Source of the DNA: Euglena gracilis
Lineage: Eukaryota
Reading direction: 5' to 3'
Assembly: GCA_039621445.1 (NCBI GenBank)
Contig: CP154954.1
Coordinates: 22,208,954 to 22,272,953, forward strand
DNA length: 64,000 nt
A model generated the notes under the pieces. That model made no database searches. It saw nothing but the letters and a program-made list of their open reading frames with translations, and was not told where the DNA came from. Of this stretch, positions 25,897 through 38,800 are shown one piece after another (position 1 is the first letter of the stretch; the number at the start of each line of letters is the position of its first letter). Made by a program: the position numbers and the translations under genes.

Positions 25897-27411
25897 CCAA
25901 CAACAACAACAACAACTAAAAGATACCCTTAAACAAAATGAGACATACAGCACCAAACACAGGTATTTCAAAAGAAGGACCTTGCCTCCACTCCACTCCT
26001 CAGCTCCACTCCCTGATGATGATGCCTAATGTATGAGTCACCCAACAGGCAGGACGGCACACCACTGGAAGGTGCAAAGGTATGGCTGCGCCCCATCCAC
26101 GGCCTCGCAGCCCAACTCCGCCAGGGAGGGGGGTGAGGTTTTCGCTGCAGGTGGAGGGGAAGGCTGCTCCGCATGGGAAAGCAACGAAGGCTGGAAAAAC
26201 CCGAAAATGCAGAAATTAAAAAACCATAAAAACAACAAAAAACAAATTATAAAAAAAACAACAATAAAAAATAAAAATATAATAAATTGAATACTATTAT
26301 TTAAATACACAATAAAACACAATAAAAAGGGGGGCGATTATCCCGAGGCAAGGAAAAAAAACCCGTCGGCGAAGCGCACCGATGGAGTGGGCTTCGCAGT
26401 GGCGGCTGAACAGCTCCCGCAAGAACGTGAGCAGGCCCTCCCCCCGGTCCGGCCCGGCCTCCAGCGGGCGCTGGAAGGCGACCTCCACGCGGCTGGCGAA
26501 GACAAACGGGGCATTGGCGGGGGGGGGGGGAGAGTCAATTTTCAAATTTAAAAAATAAAAAATAAAAAATTTAAATAATTAAAAATGAAAACTCAAATTG
26601 AAGATTTCAATTTCTATTGAAATCTCAAATTTAAATTGAACTTTAATTTCAATACGATTTAAATTTTCAACATCAAAAATAAAATCTTCTTTATCATTTA
26701 ACTGTATTCTTCAAGATTAATTTATTTTAAATTGAATTTAATTTAACTTCAATTTTAACTCAAATATTTTATGGACAGCGGATTGGTTATGTGGAACCAC
26801 ATTTTTTGTGGAGTGTAAAACTCAATGACCCCTGCTGAAATACAGGAGGGGCTGCAGCCCAGCTGGGAACAGGTGGAAAAATGGTGCTGGCTGGGTGGAC
26901 GCTCGAAGTAGGGTCCTCTCCGGCTTAAGACATCTCCCGGCACAATGGGTGCGAATTGGGGCGTTCAGCGGAGTCCCAAGGGCATACAAGGTCGCCGTCT
27001 CATCGTCTACGTTGCGGATCAGCCGCGATGCTTTGACCGGCACGGCGGACGCCACTGCCGCCCGCAGGCCTTTTGCTGGCAACCCTCTTCCCCCGCCTTG
27101 CTCAGGTTGTGGGCCGAGAACAGTTGGCTCTCTTCCGGCGGGCTGTGCCGGCGTGGGGACCACCGTCATGGGTGAGGTGGTCTCTGGGCTTGGCTCTGGA
27201 AAGGCCTGGCCACCGGGACTTCGGCGGCAATGCTGAACTGCGGCAACGGAGGAGGGACACGCCATGCCGCCGGGAGGCGGTGGCCGGCGCAACGGAACGG
27301 GGGTTGGGGTGGAGGTTGGTGGCCCGACGTCGACGACAGGCACACCGGCAGGGACCCGGCGACGTCCAGCAGCTCGCTGCCCACCTGGGCCACCGCCAAG
27401 CCGGGCTTCAT
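270..27411 (-). CDS. Multi-exon gene encoding a large protein with two ankyrin-repeat modules (may be two adjacent genes); both ends uncertain
   Basis: GC3-rich exons, mostly AG|...|GT and frame-compatible over long stretches: 26380-26492, 26063-26144, 25172-25309, ~20935-21067 (AKPIQFLQFRAFLDAVEAGRIDINAADADGRTLLHLACDVGDL), 20262-~20335 (LMLLLEMGANPLLCDRLGRRPT), 20106-20179, ~19050-19123, 16988-17073, 16038-16210, 15315-15474, 15085-15129, 12578-12679, 10910-11013, 10520-10568, 9532-9597, ~9113-9220, ~8558-8706, ~5247-5383, ~4858-4960, ~3546-3750, ~2357-2526, 872-948, 755-812, <=367. Ankyrin motifs D.DGRT.LHL and LL..GAN....D..G..P.D each occur twice. Some junctions are unresolved. Confidence 0.75.
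368..754 (-). other. Non-conventional (non GT-AG) intron, 387 nt
   Basis: Removal joins ...GAG GTG GTG GCC|ACG CTG CTG GAC CGG GGG GCC AAC (REVVATLLDRGANLFCCD, an ankyrin helix). Intron reads ACGCC...GGCGTCC, with +1..+5 pairing -3..-7; it ends in Y and the next exon starts with R. Confidence 0.75.
813..871 (-). other. Non-conventional intron, 59 nt
   Basis: GCCCCCGGG...CCCGGGGCCTT forms a stem offset by 2 nt. Removal turns a frameshift into LHLLAKPPATNHHQYDDLQLREVV. Confidence 0.7.
1026..2104. mobile_element. Non-autonomous hAT-like TIR element (family A)
   Basis: TIR CAGGCACCTATGG/CCATAGGTGCCTG, exact 8-bp TSD TCTGTGAC (1018-1025, 2105-2112), and subterminal (GGTCGGCCCT)n arrays at both ends. 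Confidence 0.9.
2551..2818. mobile_element. hAT-like MITE (family B, CAGGGG...CCCCTG), intronic
   Basis: Exact 8-bp TSD GGGAGGAG (2543-2550, 2819-2826); termini CAGGGGcTTTTT / AAAAACCCCTG. Confidence 0.9.
11128..12546. mobile_element. Older, diverged copy of family A element
   Basis: Termini CAGGCAC...GTGCCTG, the same subterminal motifs as 1026-2104 (tcacttcccatt.tggtgct; ctacgggggtcctgaaa), and a degenerate TSD GTCAACAC/CCCAACAC. Confidence 0.8.
12826..14831. mobile_element. TIR element carrying nested insertions
   Basis: TIR CCCCGGGCGCTTGGCC/GGCCAAGCGCCCGGGG. The internal direct repeat ggggccaa.tttgcatgttaag lies near both ends. Contains 14048-14504 and a family-C-like end at ~13080-13143. 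Confidence 0.7.
14048..14504. mobile_element. TTAA-targeting (piggyBac-like) MITE
   Basis: TTAA on both sides (14044-14047, 14505-14508), termini CCCCC..AAAATAAG / CTTATTTTTGGGGG, and internal GGGTCTTATTTT repeats. Confidence 0.8.
16449..16794. mobile_element. TIR MITE (Tc1/mariner-like ...ACTG|TA end)
   Basis: Inverted ends taacccccccccacctacaagaa / ttcttctaggtgggggggtttactg, with internal tttcttataggtgg repeats; left end degenerate. Confidence 0.55.
19688..19985. repeat. Compound trinucleotide microsatellites (GTT)n, (CAT)n, (CAC)n
   Basis: Directly visible. Confidence 0.95.
22058..22419. mobile_element. Diverged copy of the TTAA-type MITE at 14048
   Basis: Start cccccccaaaataagatcccggg, gggtcttattt repeats, and end ggggggggtttaa. 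Confidence 0.6.
23538..23742. repeat. (GAGT)n then (GT)n microsatellite
   Basis: Directly visible. Confidence 0.95.
23940..24187. mobile_element. Family B MITE, older copy
   Basis: CAGGGGTTTTTTTAAGACC...AAAACCCCTG; TSD GTATGCAC/ATCTGCAC (6/8). Confidence 0.8.
25832..25916. repeat. (CAA)n microsatellite
   Basis: Directly visible. Confidence 0.95.
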
Positions 27412-28099
27412 CGGGAGGGGGGGGGTGGGGGTGTGTCTCTGACGCGGCGGGGGAGGGGAGGGCGTGTGCAGGGCTGAGGGGCCGGCTGGGCTATGACATG
27501 GCCGGGAAGAGTGGCAGCCCTGCGCGAGAGGCGGCTCCTGTGGTCCGACCCAGAGTGGGTGGCGGGGGCTGGCATTGGCCCGAGATGGGCACAGTTGCGA
27601 AGCGGTTGTCAGTCGGGTGGACTTGCTAAACCGTGTTGCAGGGGACCCGAATATGCTTTTTAGGACCCGGCAGGGTGTACACGTGTATTTGACCTTGCCA
27701 CAGAAGCTTGAGTGAGCTTTGTTCGAGTTCGAAAGAAATCGAGTTCACACCAACCATATTCTAGATGTTTTGGTTCACCAAAATTGCAAACCAAATGTTA
27801 TGAAACCGATTTTTCCTGCGCTCAGGTGCTTCATAGGTGTTGTTGTGATGACGTGTTGAGGGGACACCTATGAGTCGGCCATCCGAAAGCATTTTTCCAA
27901 AAACTATCCAGCGGTTCGCACTGGCACTGGAAACCCATACCGAGACCCTGTGGCCCGCCCCCCACCCCCGGGGGGTTACCGAGTTCGAAAGAAGCCCACA
28001 CCTGAAGCAGCTGCCACTGGCACCCGCCCCAGGCATAATTCCTGCTTGCAGGCACAAAAAAAAATGCCCCTCTGCCCATCACAATGCTAAACTGTGGAC

Positions 28100-28513
28100 C
28101 AGACCATTGCTTAAGGACCTGGGGGGGTCCACTGGCTAGCCATTTTGCTAGACAATGGGAAAAAAGAACTAGCTAGAACCCCCTCCCCTCGGAGGGGTCC
28201 CCTCCCCCTGCTGACTGTGCGCCGTGATAAAAATGAAGTTTTTAGTGGATTTTTTTTAAAGCTAATTTTGGTTAAAGAATCCCAAAAATGGCCCAAAATG
28301 GCATTTATGGCCAGTTTTGGGAGCCCAACAAATTCTTGAATTTCTCGGCGCTTTGCGCCGGTCGCCGGAGAACTTTTTCCCCCACTAGCTAGCCCAGCTA
28401 GCGGACCCCCCCCCCCGGGGGGGTCCACTAGAATTCCCACTAGCCAAATTTGGACTAGCTGCAGTCCAGCCGCCCGGAGGGGGGGGTACTGCGAACCCTC
28501 AAGCAAAGGCCTG
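28100..28513. mobile_element. hAT-like MITE (family C)
   Basis: TIR CAGACCATTGCTTAAGG / CCTCAAGCAAAGGCCTG, TSD CTGTGGAC/CTGCGAAC (6/8), and ACTAGC subterminal repeats. Confidence 0.7.
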
Positions 28514-28962
28514 CTGCGAACCATTATCCTTTATCACCTGTAGAAAAAATTTATTTTATATCCTTTTTACTTGTAACGTTTACCATTTCAAAGACTGAAA
28601 ATCCTTTCTGGTCCATCTGGATATTTTTTTGGGGGTTGTGTAAAAATTCACATGAAAATTCATATGAAAATTGCACGCAGCTGAAGGGCATGCATCCTAA
28701 AGACAACTACCAGGTAAGGCGCAGAGACATCAGTGGCGAGAAGGAAGGCTTGTGGGGCAAGCTCTACCGTGGGTGGAGAGGAATCGAAAGGCGAGGAGAC
28801 TGTGCAGTGGAAAAACATTTGTATTGACAAAGAGGTGGGCGAGAGATTGGTGGCCTTCGGCAGCACTGCGGCGTTGTGTGGAACATGGGGTGCTAATCCC
28901 AAATGGGACAGATGTGGTGAGAGTCCCTCCTGCAACCCTTAGACCTTTGGAAGACAAGAAAA

Positions 28963-29608
<646 letters not shown>

Positions 29609-32600
29609 TCCCATACCCACCAACCCACCCACCCACACCACCTCGTTGCAGGCATAAATAACTCTGATTTCCACCCCCCACGACATTCTTTAAAAAGGTT
29701 GATGGGGCAGAAACCGCACGGCAGCATGGTGTCTGGAACATGCGGCTCATTCCACACCGCAGCGCCCATAATGGGACCCGCTGGGGCTATTCACACTCGC
29801 TGAGAAGCGAATGGGGCGTCTACAAGCAACAGCGGCGGGAGGGCGATGGCAGGGAGGCTGCTTGCCTTTCCCTGTGAAAGCCTGGTGTTGGGTCCCCACC
29901 CCTCCCCCATGCAGGCGCCAGGTGGTGCAGGAGGAAAAAGTGCAATTGGGGCCGGGATAAGCCTGGGCTGCCAACCCCACCAGCAGAGGTGGATGCCCAC
30001 GCCCTTGGGCCTGTCTGGCCGTCAGGAAACACAGCCTGGGGACCAATCGGTTTGGGGGATGAGAGGGAGGGGGACTGAGTGCGAGCTGCCGTCGAGGCGG
30101 AATGCACCCGAGGCGGGACGGCGGGGGGCTGCGGGGGCGAAGGGGGACCGCCGCGCCGCGAACCCGACGGGGCGGCGGCGGGGCAAGGGGGCAGCACCAG
30201 GGGGCCACTGGTCGTGCGAAGTTTCTGCTCAAATCAGGGAGGGGATGTGCAACAAAATATGCCACACAAAACCTGCAAAAAAAAAAGCAAACATAGTGCA
30301 AAAATGAAGCTGCACGTGAATTCTTTTAAGCCAACTTTCTGCTGGAGAGGGCTGGGGAAACTTTTCACCTTCTTCTGGGGTATTTTTTTTTTCTTCCACT
30401 TTGCAACAGTATTCACTCAACCACATGTGGATGTTTTGGACTTATTTGCACGTTTTTTAACCAGATGGCTCTGTGGATTTGAGCAGGGGGGCAATATGCA
30501 AGTTGCATAATTTTCATTTTTTTGCAAATCCAAAATATTAAGAATTTGAATTTTTTGTATAATTTGCATTTTGTTTGCATAATTTCAATTTGAGAAAAGT
30601 CGCATCTTTGCACCTTTTTTTTTGCATATTTCGCCTCGCCTATTTCTTTTGGATGCTTGCACAGGCAAATTGCTCTACCACCAAAACAATTGGAAGACAC
30701 ACTTTTGGACCATTAGCAGTGGTTGCATAATGAAATATAACTGGACGCAGCTGTATGTCACTTTGCGAGTTGCACGAAAATTTCTTTTAGTGTGGCAATT
30801 TTTCACTGATTTTTGACATTTGGGGCATATCTGAAGAAAAAATATGCAAGGCACTTTTTGTATGTGCTTTTATGTGTCCTACTTACAATACGCCCAATGG
30901 AGGGCAGGTCTTCATCTCAAAGACAACTTGGTTGGCTCACAAATCAGGAGACAGTGTGTTTTTTTAGAGGGTTAGAACAAGACAACTTTTACAAACCCCT
31001 GGGGGGAGGGGTCTACTCTTCCAAAAACCAGTCAATCACTTTTTCTTGGATAACCGGTCAGTAACTAGTCAGTAACTACCCCCTGGGGGTTCGGCCGCCC
31101 TGGAATCCAAGGGAAAAATTGACCACAAACGTGGGGGAAAATGGCGACATTTTTTTCCGGCTGCTTTGGGGGGTCCAGTCAGAAAAAAAAGTCACAATTT
31201 GGTCAAAACTTGCGAAAACTAGGGGAAATTGATGTTTTGATTCCTTTCTGAAAAAGGCAGAGGACGATTCCCAGAAACAAAAAAAATCGCAACAAATTGG
31301 TAAAAGCACAAAAAATTACAAATAACAAAAAATGTACAAAAAATAAAAGAAAATGTGCATATTCTCTGCCTCTGCTCACAAAAATGCTCAAACAAAGAAC
31401 ATACAGCATTTTTTTTAGATTTCTTTGTTCTTTCTGCACTTTCTTCCTTGGGCCAGCCACACATTCCCCAGAAGTGGCGTCCCACAGTTGGATGCAATGC
31501 CCAGGATGCTCCTGTGTGTGCAACTCCCTTTCGTTGCCAATGCCTTTTGTATGCAACTGTTCGGAGGGACCTAATATAAAAAAATACCTTGTGTTACATA
31601 CACCCCATGTGTGCAACTCCCCTTGTTGCACACGTCCTTAGGCAACTTTTTGAAGAGGGCACCAAAACACCTGGACATAGGAGGAGGCTCTGGAGCCTCC
31701 TCTAACATCGTTTGAGCTCTTGAAGCTTTCTAGGAGGCTGGAAAGCTTCTTCAAATGTCGCTTGAGGTCTGAGTCTGAATATTGCAAGCTTTGGCAAAGT
31801 AAAAAAAATAAAAGTCAGACAGCGACAAGAACTAGCCTTAAACTCCAAAAAAATAATGGCATACTGTGCAGGAGGAGCGCAAAGGGCAGAAACAGGATGC
31901 GAGTAGAGGTCATGCAGACAAAGAGGAAGGGATAAATGCAGCCTCAGGTCAGGCTCAGGCTCAGGCTGCGGATCGTGGCACACAACAAGGGCTGCGGCGT
32001 GGCTCATTAGAAGCCTTCAAAAAGAATGGGGTCAACTTGATACCCAGCTTGAAAATGCTCAAACTCTCAAAAATTTGTCTGGAATGCACTCATGTCAGAA
32101 ATCTGAGGTTGTGAATGTTTCAAAATTCACATCTTTTTCAATGTTTAAAAACAGAAAAAAGACACATTTTAACCTTCCTTGTGATTACCAAACTGAACGA
32201 CCATTTCCTTTCAATCACCGACAAAAATTTATTTTGATGTGTACAAAACATGCTTTTTGCTGATTATTTCTGGCACTGCAAACTTCTGAACGAAAATTTC
32301 AGGGGTTCCCTGTTCTTTTTTTGCAACCTTTTTGTGTCTTTCCTGCCCCGCTATTTGGGCCCCACCCTGTGGTGGAATGTGCCAATAATAATACACAATG
32401 AAATTCAAATAATTATGGGATGTGATGAATTACACACCCATGTCCACAACTGAAGCATATTTGCAAAAAAATTTGCAAATATATATGCGTGTGTATAATT
32501 ATATATGTATATATACATATAAATTATAATTAAATAATATGTATATATAAGCGTACTGTGTGCTGCAAAAAAAACAGCACACAATACACACGATAATTCC

Positions 32601-32850
32601 CATACAGCTCTATATGTGATCCATACACCTCTTTAAATACCCTTGGGAGGTGCTGCAAAGCTGGGCCAAAAAAAAATTGGGCAACAGCTGGGACGGGAGG
32701 TCTTCAAAACCTTAAAGAAATCTAAGGTGAGATCAGTTACACCTGTCAGTTAAACTCACAAAAGCCCAAATCAGTTGTGTGTTTCCCGATCAGATTGCTG
32801 CAGCATCCCATGTGCTCTCGTTCCCCAAGCAGCCCATCTTGGCACAGGCG

Positions 32851-35800
32851 TTATGGCACGCTGCTGGCACCGCGCCAGATGCGCACCGTCTTGTCATGAG
32901 AGCCGGCCACAGGGGGCCGCAGCGAAAGTGGCAGTGCAAATAGACCCACAGCAACACAGCGGTTTTAATTCTGCACCGGTCTCCATTCAGGACCGGCTTT
33001 GGATCGCCTCCCCAGCCCCCCCCCCCATTCGACACCAAAGCATCAGCATGCTGCTTGTCGAGGCGCCCTGGCCCGACACAAACGACAGGCTGTCGGGGCA
33101 GACCGCGACGCTGGTGACGTCCCCGGTGTGCCCTTTGGCCACGCCCAAGACCTCCCCTGCAGAGACATGGGGGACCGGGGCCGTCAGTGGCGGGCCAAAG
33201 GCACGGAACCGCCATGCTACGAGGTGTCTCGGTGCACAGGGGGAGCCACGCCGCTGTTGGCACCGCTGGGTGGCGCGTTGACCAGCGGAGAGGATGCTCT
33301 GCGCCACACACCCCGCAGCCATAGGGTTCTTTGCAGGCAGCGGAGGGGGGTGGCAAGGGGCCACACCCGAGAACGGGCTCCAGATCCGCAGGGTGCGGTC
33401 GAAGCTGCCAGACACGACGTACGCCCCGCTGGGGGCGATGGCGACGCAACTGACGTCCCCGGCGTGCCCCTCCAGCACTGCCAGCAGCTCTCCTGAAACA
33501 CCCACATGCAGAGAGACAGACAGACAGACAGACAGACAGCTAGCCAGGCAGCCAGGCAGCCAGGCAGACAGACAGACATCCCATCAACAAAAAAAAAGCA
33601 AAAATATCCAGTTTCAAAAGAAAAAAATCTGCTGTACGTTTCCACAAATATATGGTGCATCTGTACTGGAACGACCTTGACCTTGTTTGCCATGCACTGA
33701 AAATTGTTGCAGAGCCCCTGGGGGGTATTGGGACGGTGTGGGACATATTCTCATGGGTGCTAAGACTGGGCAATGCGCATACCAGTCTGTCGGTCCCAGA
33801 CCCGGATGGTCTTGTCTTCCGACCCGGACACAATGTGGCCGCCGCCGCGCGATATCGCCACGCAGGTGACGTAATCGCTGTGACCTTGAAGCACGTGGGC
33901 CAGCTGCCCTGTCCGAGGGGATGCAGTGGTCCGCCAACTTCTGGAAACACTGGCTTCGGGGGGGCGCGGATCGCCCAACCGATTTTTGCATTTATTTGAC
34001 ATTTTTTGGCTGTTTTGAAACCCACCTGAAAGGCCACAATTTTAGGTTCAGAGGGGTGGGTGGCAGCTTTGGGCCAAAATCTTCCGGACGTGGTTTTGCG
34101 CGGTTCTCCGCCTAAACGATTTCTGATTGTGTGTGAATTGTGTGATTTGGGAATGCATTAGAACTGTTTGGAATGGTCGAAAAAACACTGATTTTGAATG
34201 GGTGTGCCATGGGTGTGACTGTGTGTTAAACGGTATTTGAGAAACAAATGAATATTACAAGCTTACGCGGATAACTGCCTAAAATGAAACAAGAGGTGTT
34301 AGACAACAGCGTGAATTGTTCAGGTGCATATCCGCGTGGAATAAACTTGTACGCGGATTGCCACCTAAAAGTGAAAACAAACAATGGTACGCGGATTACC
34401 GCCTACCATAACACAAACAGTTGATGACTTGTAGGAGGGAATCCACCTGTTGTGTGTGTAATGTGGTGAGTGCTTGGCGAATAGTGTAGGCGGGAATACG
34501 TATGGGGTGAATAAGAAACATAGTGGCGTCCTGGTGGTGTTGCCCTACCCCTCATCCGTGTCGGACCAGCATTGGCCAGACGTCAGCGCCTGCTGGGGTC
34601 TCTGGAATGGGGTACAATAACACCATGGCCAATGGTAGCTGGACTCCCTAACGACGTGGGCAGCCACCCGATGATATCCTGCCTTCGCCAACGCTCTTGG
34701 ATAGAAAATGGTTCCTGTCTAAAATGGCCCAAAATCAAAAAAGTAAAATTGACTAGTTGATGAACTGCACTTGCAGCATCCAGTATGAGCCAAAACCCAC
34801 AAAGTCTTTGCACCCACCAACAATTCTGTTTAGCCGCCCAACCAGGCCGACATTAATTTAAAAACACCATTTATTGAGGAGCTGGCATGGGGTTGGGACG
34901 ACGTAGGCGGTTATTCGCTCAAAACGAAACACACAATACCTGCTCAAGAGGCCAACAGCTGACTTGTCACGCTTGAGCACGCTTGGCCTTCTTTTATGAA
35001 TTGGGTTGGGATGGAGACGGGGGTTGCAGAGACACAATTCATGGAGAGGGATGGAGGGGGGTATACCAGCTGTGAGGTCAGAGAGGCCAGGCGGGAAACC
35101 GCCGGGACACCTAAGGGTGGGCTGAAAAAGCAAAAGGGTTTGCGGACGATAGCGGAAGATGGGAACCCCCCTGGAATGACATGGTTTGTTTGCAAAATGT
35201 TGAAACTTTTCCACACTAGCCCGAAAAATGGAAGAACGAGAAAAAAGGAGGTGCTTTGGGCATTTTGTCAGAATGTCAGCAAAAGCTGCTAGTGTTCAAA
35301 GGGAAAATGCTGTAAAACTCTCTGAAAGAACCATTCAAAAGGCCTTGGAGGAATCCTTCCGAAAACCTCCGAAATTTTTCGATTGCCGCCACCAGCTGCT
35401 GAAATAAGCGCATTTCTGTCCGTTTCCCGATTTATTTCCTTTTTCGCCAGCTATCCCCGGAACCCTGGTTTTGGACCACCCACACCATTGGGCTCCAAGA
35501 GGAGGGGTCCGGGAGGTGCTTTCTTCCCTCCTGAGAAATTGACCTCAGCTTTCTGGCTGTTCATCAGGACAGCGGTTGAATAGCACCTGTACCGCACCGC
35601 AGCCTGCCTGGCAACTGACATGTGCATTCCACTGCCGCCCCTGCAGACGACACCTTCACCACTGGCCACGGGAGAACATGTCCACCTCATTGGAGAGGAG
35701 GGTGTCCCCCTCCTGCTCAAATGCCAGGCGGGTTTCCGCCTGCTTCGGTGCTTGCAGCCCCGGTACAGCAGCCGCAGCTCCCTTTCAGCCTGTCTGGCCC

Positions 35801-38800
35801 AACTTTCAAACATCATGTTGCCATGCCTCACTGACACACCAGTCACTGACGCACGTCGGGACACCGAGACATCACATTCACAACCCATCGGGACGACAAC
35901 AAGCTCCAAGCAGGTTTCTGTCAACACTACATCTGGGCGAAACCAGTGGAAAAAAAGGTGGAGCAGGCTGATAACCGCTTACTGCCACCGTTCACAAACG
36001 TCTCAAACATCCCCTCCACCTCCTTCACACTTGTTCATTAACAACTTCACTTGACTTGTTCATTGACACTTCACAACTTAACAACATTCACGTGATAACC
36101 GACTTCTGGAGGTTTCAGCGTGTTGCCACCTCCCGTTCCCACGTGTCATTCACAAACACCCCCAACCCGACAGCACCATCAACCAAACAAAACAAATAAA
36201 AACCCAACAGGTCCACCCATCCTTGGTAGCTGTGCATGAAGCTTTCTAATCTTTCATGCATCCATGGACTGGGAGATCCACCTGCAAACCGTTTTACAAA
36301 AACTTCCAAAAAAATGCCTTCTGCTTCTGCGCCGCCTCAAACAAAAATTTATCCATGTCTTTCTCGGTGGGGGTTTACAGGTGGGGAAAACGTGTTCAAT
36401 TTTGCGGAGCCCAGCTGAGGGAACTTGTGTGCTGACAAACTAAGATACGGTGTACTCAAACCACATACTACTTCAGTTCACCTTGGCCCCAAACTTCTCA
36501 AAATTCTTGAAGTTGTGATGGCCAGAATGGTGTTGTACCGTTTCCCACTCCCCCTGTTCTGGATAGCAGCATAGGCAACCATGCCTCACTCCCGTGCTTT
36601 CCTGGTCCAACTGCCATCCTGCTTAGCTGAATGATACGCCGCGGTGCACAGCCCAGGAGGAGGGGGGAATGCAGGGGTTCTCATAAACCATTTAGAGCAC
36701 CAGGGGCAAGCACACACAACACACACCTCATCACTTCTTTAGGCAGTAAACCACCTAAACCATTTTTAACGTTACTCCCAGTCCAGTCCCGGCAGCATCT
36801 CTTCTTCATACGAACAAAAATTAGGCAGATAACCGCCCAACCCATCTCTTTCAGAAAATACAGCATCCTTTTGGCAGTTTTGTCTGTTTACCTCCCCCAT
36901 CACTGGACCTCGGGACTCATGAGAGGTTCAAAAATGGGCGGGTTGCTTAGGCAGTTTCCTTTTCTTCACAGGTGATACCATGACACTCCCCCTCCAGAGG
37001 GTGGGTCGGGCAGCATCGCGACACAACCGGAGCTATGGAGGCCAGGTGTTCTCCGGCTGTTTTGTGTTTTTTTCAAGTTTTCAAGGCGTTCCGGGGGTGT
37101 GTTTCCCAACCCCCCCAAAACAGCCATAAATTTTCAAAATCAGCATTTTGCCAAAATGCCTAAAATTGACCTAAAATGACCCAAAATTTTCTATCAGCGT
37201 CACCTCCAAAAAAATTCAACCCCAAACAGTTGGGGTCGGCTAAGCGGAAACCCACCTACCTCAAACGCGCAGAAATTGGAAAAAATGTTGGGCAATTCGC
37301 GCCGCCTTGAACTGGGTCAATCCCTGGCCATCTGTGCATTTTTTGACTTTGGATTGTTGTCTCCATCTTAACCCCCCCAAAAATAAAATCACCCTGGGGA
37401 ATATTATTTGGTCGGCTGCAGTCCACCCAAAGGGGGAATATTACTTGGGGGTATATTATTTGGCAAAATTTTCATAATTTTTGGTTTTAATTTCGATGCA
37501 TTTCAGCTGCCCCCTTGCAGCCGTGGCTGTGCAACGCAAACCGGTGAATCCGGGGCCGCAGTTTCCTCAGCCGAAGGCCGAGCCATCACGGCCATTCGCG
37601 ACCAGCACCGCAATTCACACGGCGCCGACACGCAGCCCGCGCACCGGTGGACAGCCGCCACAGCCGCACGGTGCAGTCGTTGCTGCCGGAGGCGAGGAAC
37701 GCCCCGTCGCCGGACACGGCCAGGCTGCGGACGTAGTCCGTGTGCCCCTGCAGCGTGGCCCGCAGCTCCCCTGTGGTGGGGGTGCGGGCAAGGCGGCGGC
37801 CGCCCTTCGTATGGAACGTGCGGCCCACCACACCGGTGGTGTGGGGACCCTCAAACCATTGCACTTCGCAGGGGGAAAATGTTTGGCGGCAGAAACAGAT
37901 TTTGACCTCAAAAACAGTCACTTCCGGGTTCTGCAGGATCTGGGGAGGGGCGAGCACTTGTTTCGGCCAACCCCTGTGGCAGAGCGGGCTCGTTCTGATT
38001 TTCCTCCGCCTCCCCACATATGGTCCGCCGCATGGAGGGAAGTGTGTCGACGTTGCCTCTCCCATCCTCCTCCCTGATTTGGTCGGAGTACAAAGCCTCC
38101 CTTTTTGAAAAGCGATATGTCAAGAAATGCTGCAAGAAGTTCCGATTTTTGGAGTCATAGGGGCTTTACCCAACAGTTTTTTGACAGTGTTACTTTTTGG
38201 GCAATAATAAGCTGAGCTACTGAAGATGTTTTCAAAGATAGACCCAAAATGTCATTTATGGTGGAATATGATGCATACCAATAAACTTCGGGTTGATGAA
38301 ATTTCCGACCAAATACAGAACCCCCCCTGGGGTCTTGAGCTTCCACCCAAATGGATGTTCTAAATTCCGGGGGGGGGGGGAGTAAAATGGGCTCCTGGAT
38401 GGGGGGCGCACCGCACAAGGAAAGAGGGACGACATAAGGCGAGGAAAGGGTATGGGGTGAGGCACCCCCTGCTCCGGTCCATAGGGCTGCTTTCAGCCGA
38501 TGGGGGCTGGCAGCAGAAAACAGTGGTTGCGGTGGCCTCCTACACCCTTCAACATTGTTGGTAATTAAGTGTTTGCGGAGGTCTGGCGAAGATGAAATCG
38601 GTTTCCAAATAACACAAGATGTGAGGCACTCAAATAGCCCATGAATTCAAAGAACACTCAGCTCAGAAGCAGTGCGACAATGCGACTAATACCTGTGCGG
38701 CTGCTCCACAGGCGGATCGTCTCGTCGTACGAGCCGGAGAGAACAAATGCACTGTCTGGTGTGATGGCCACACAGCTGACGTAGTGCGTGTGGCCGTGCA

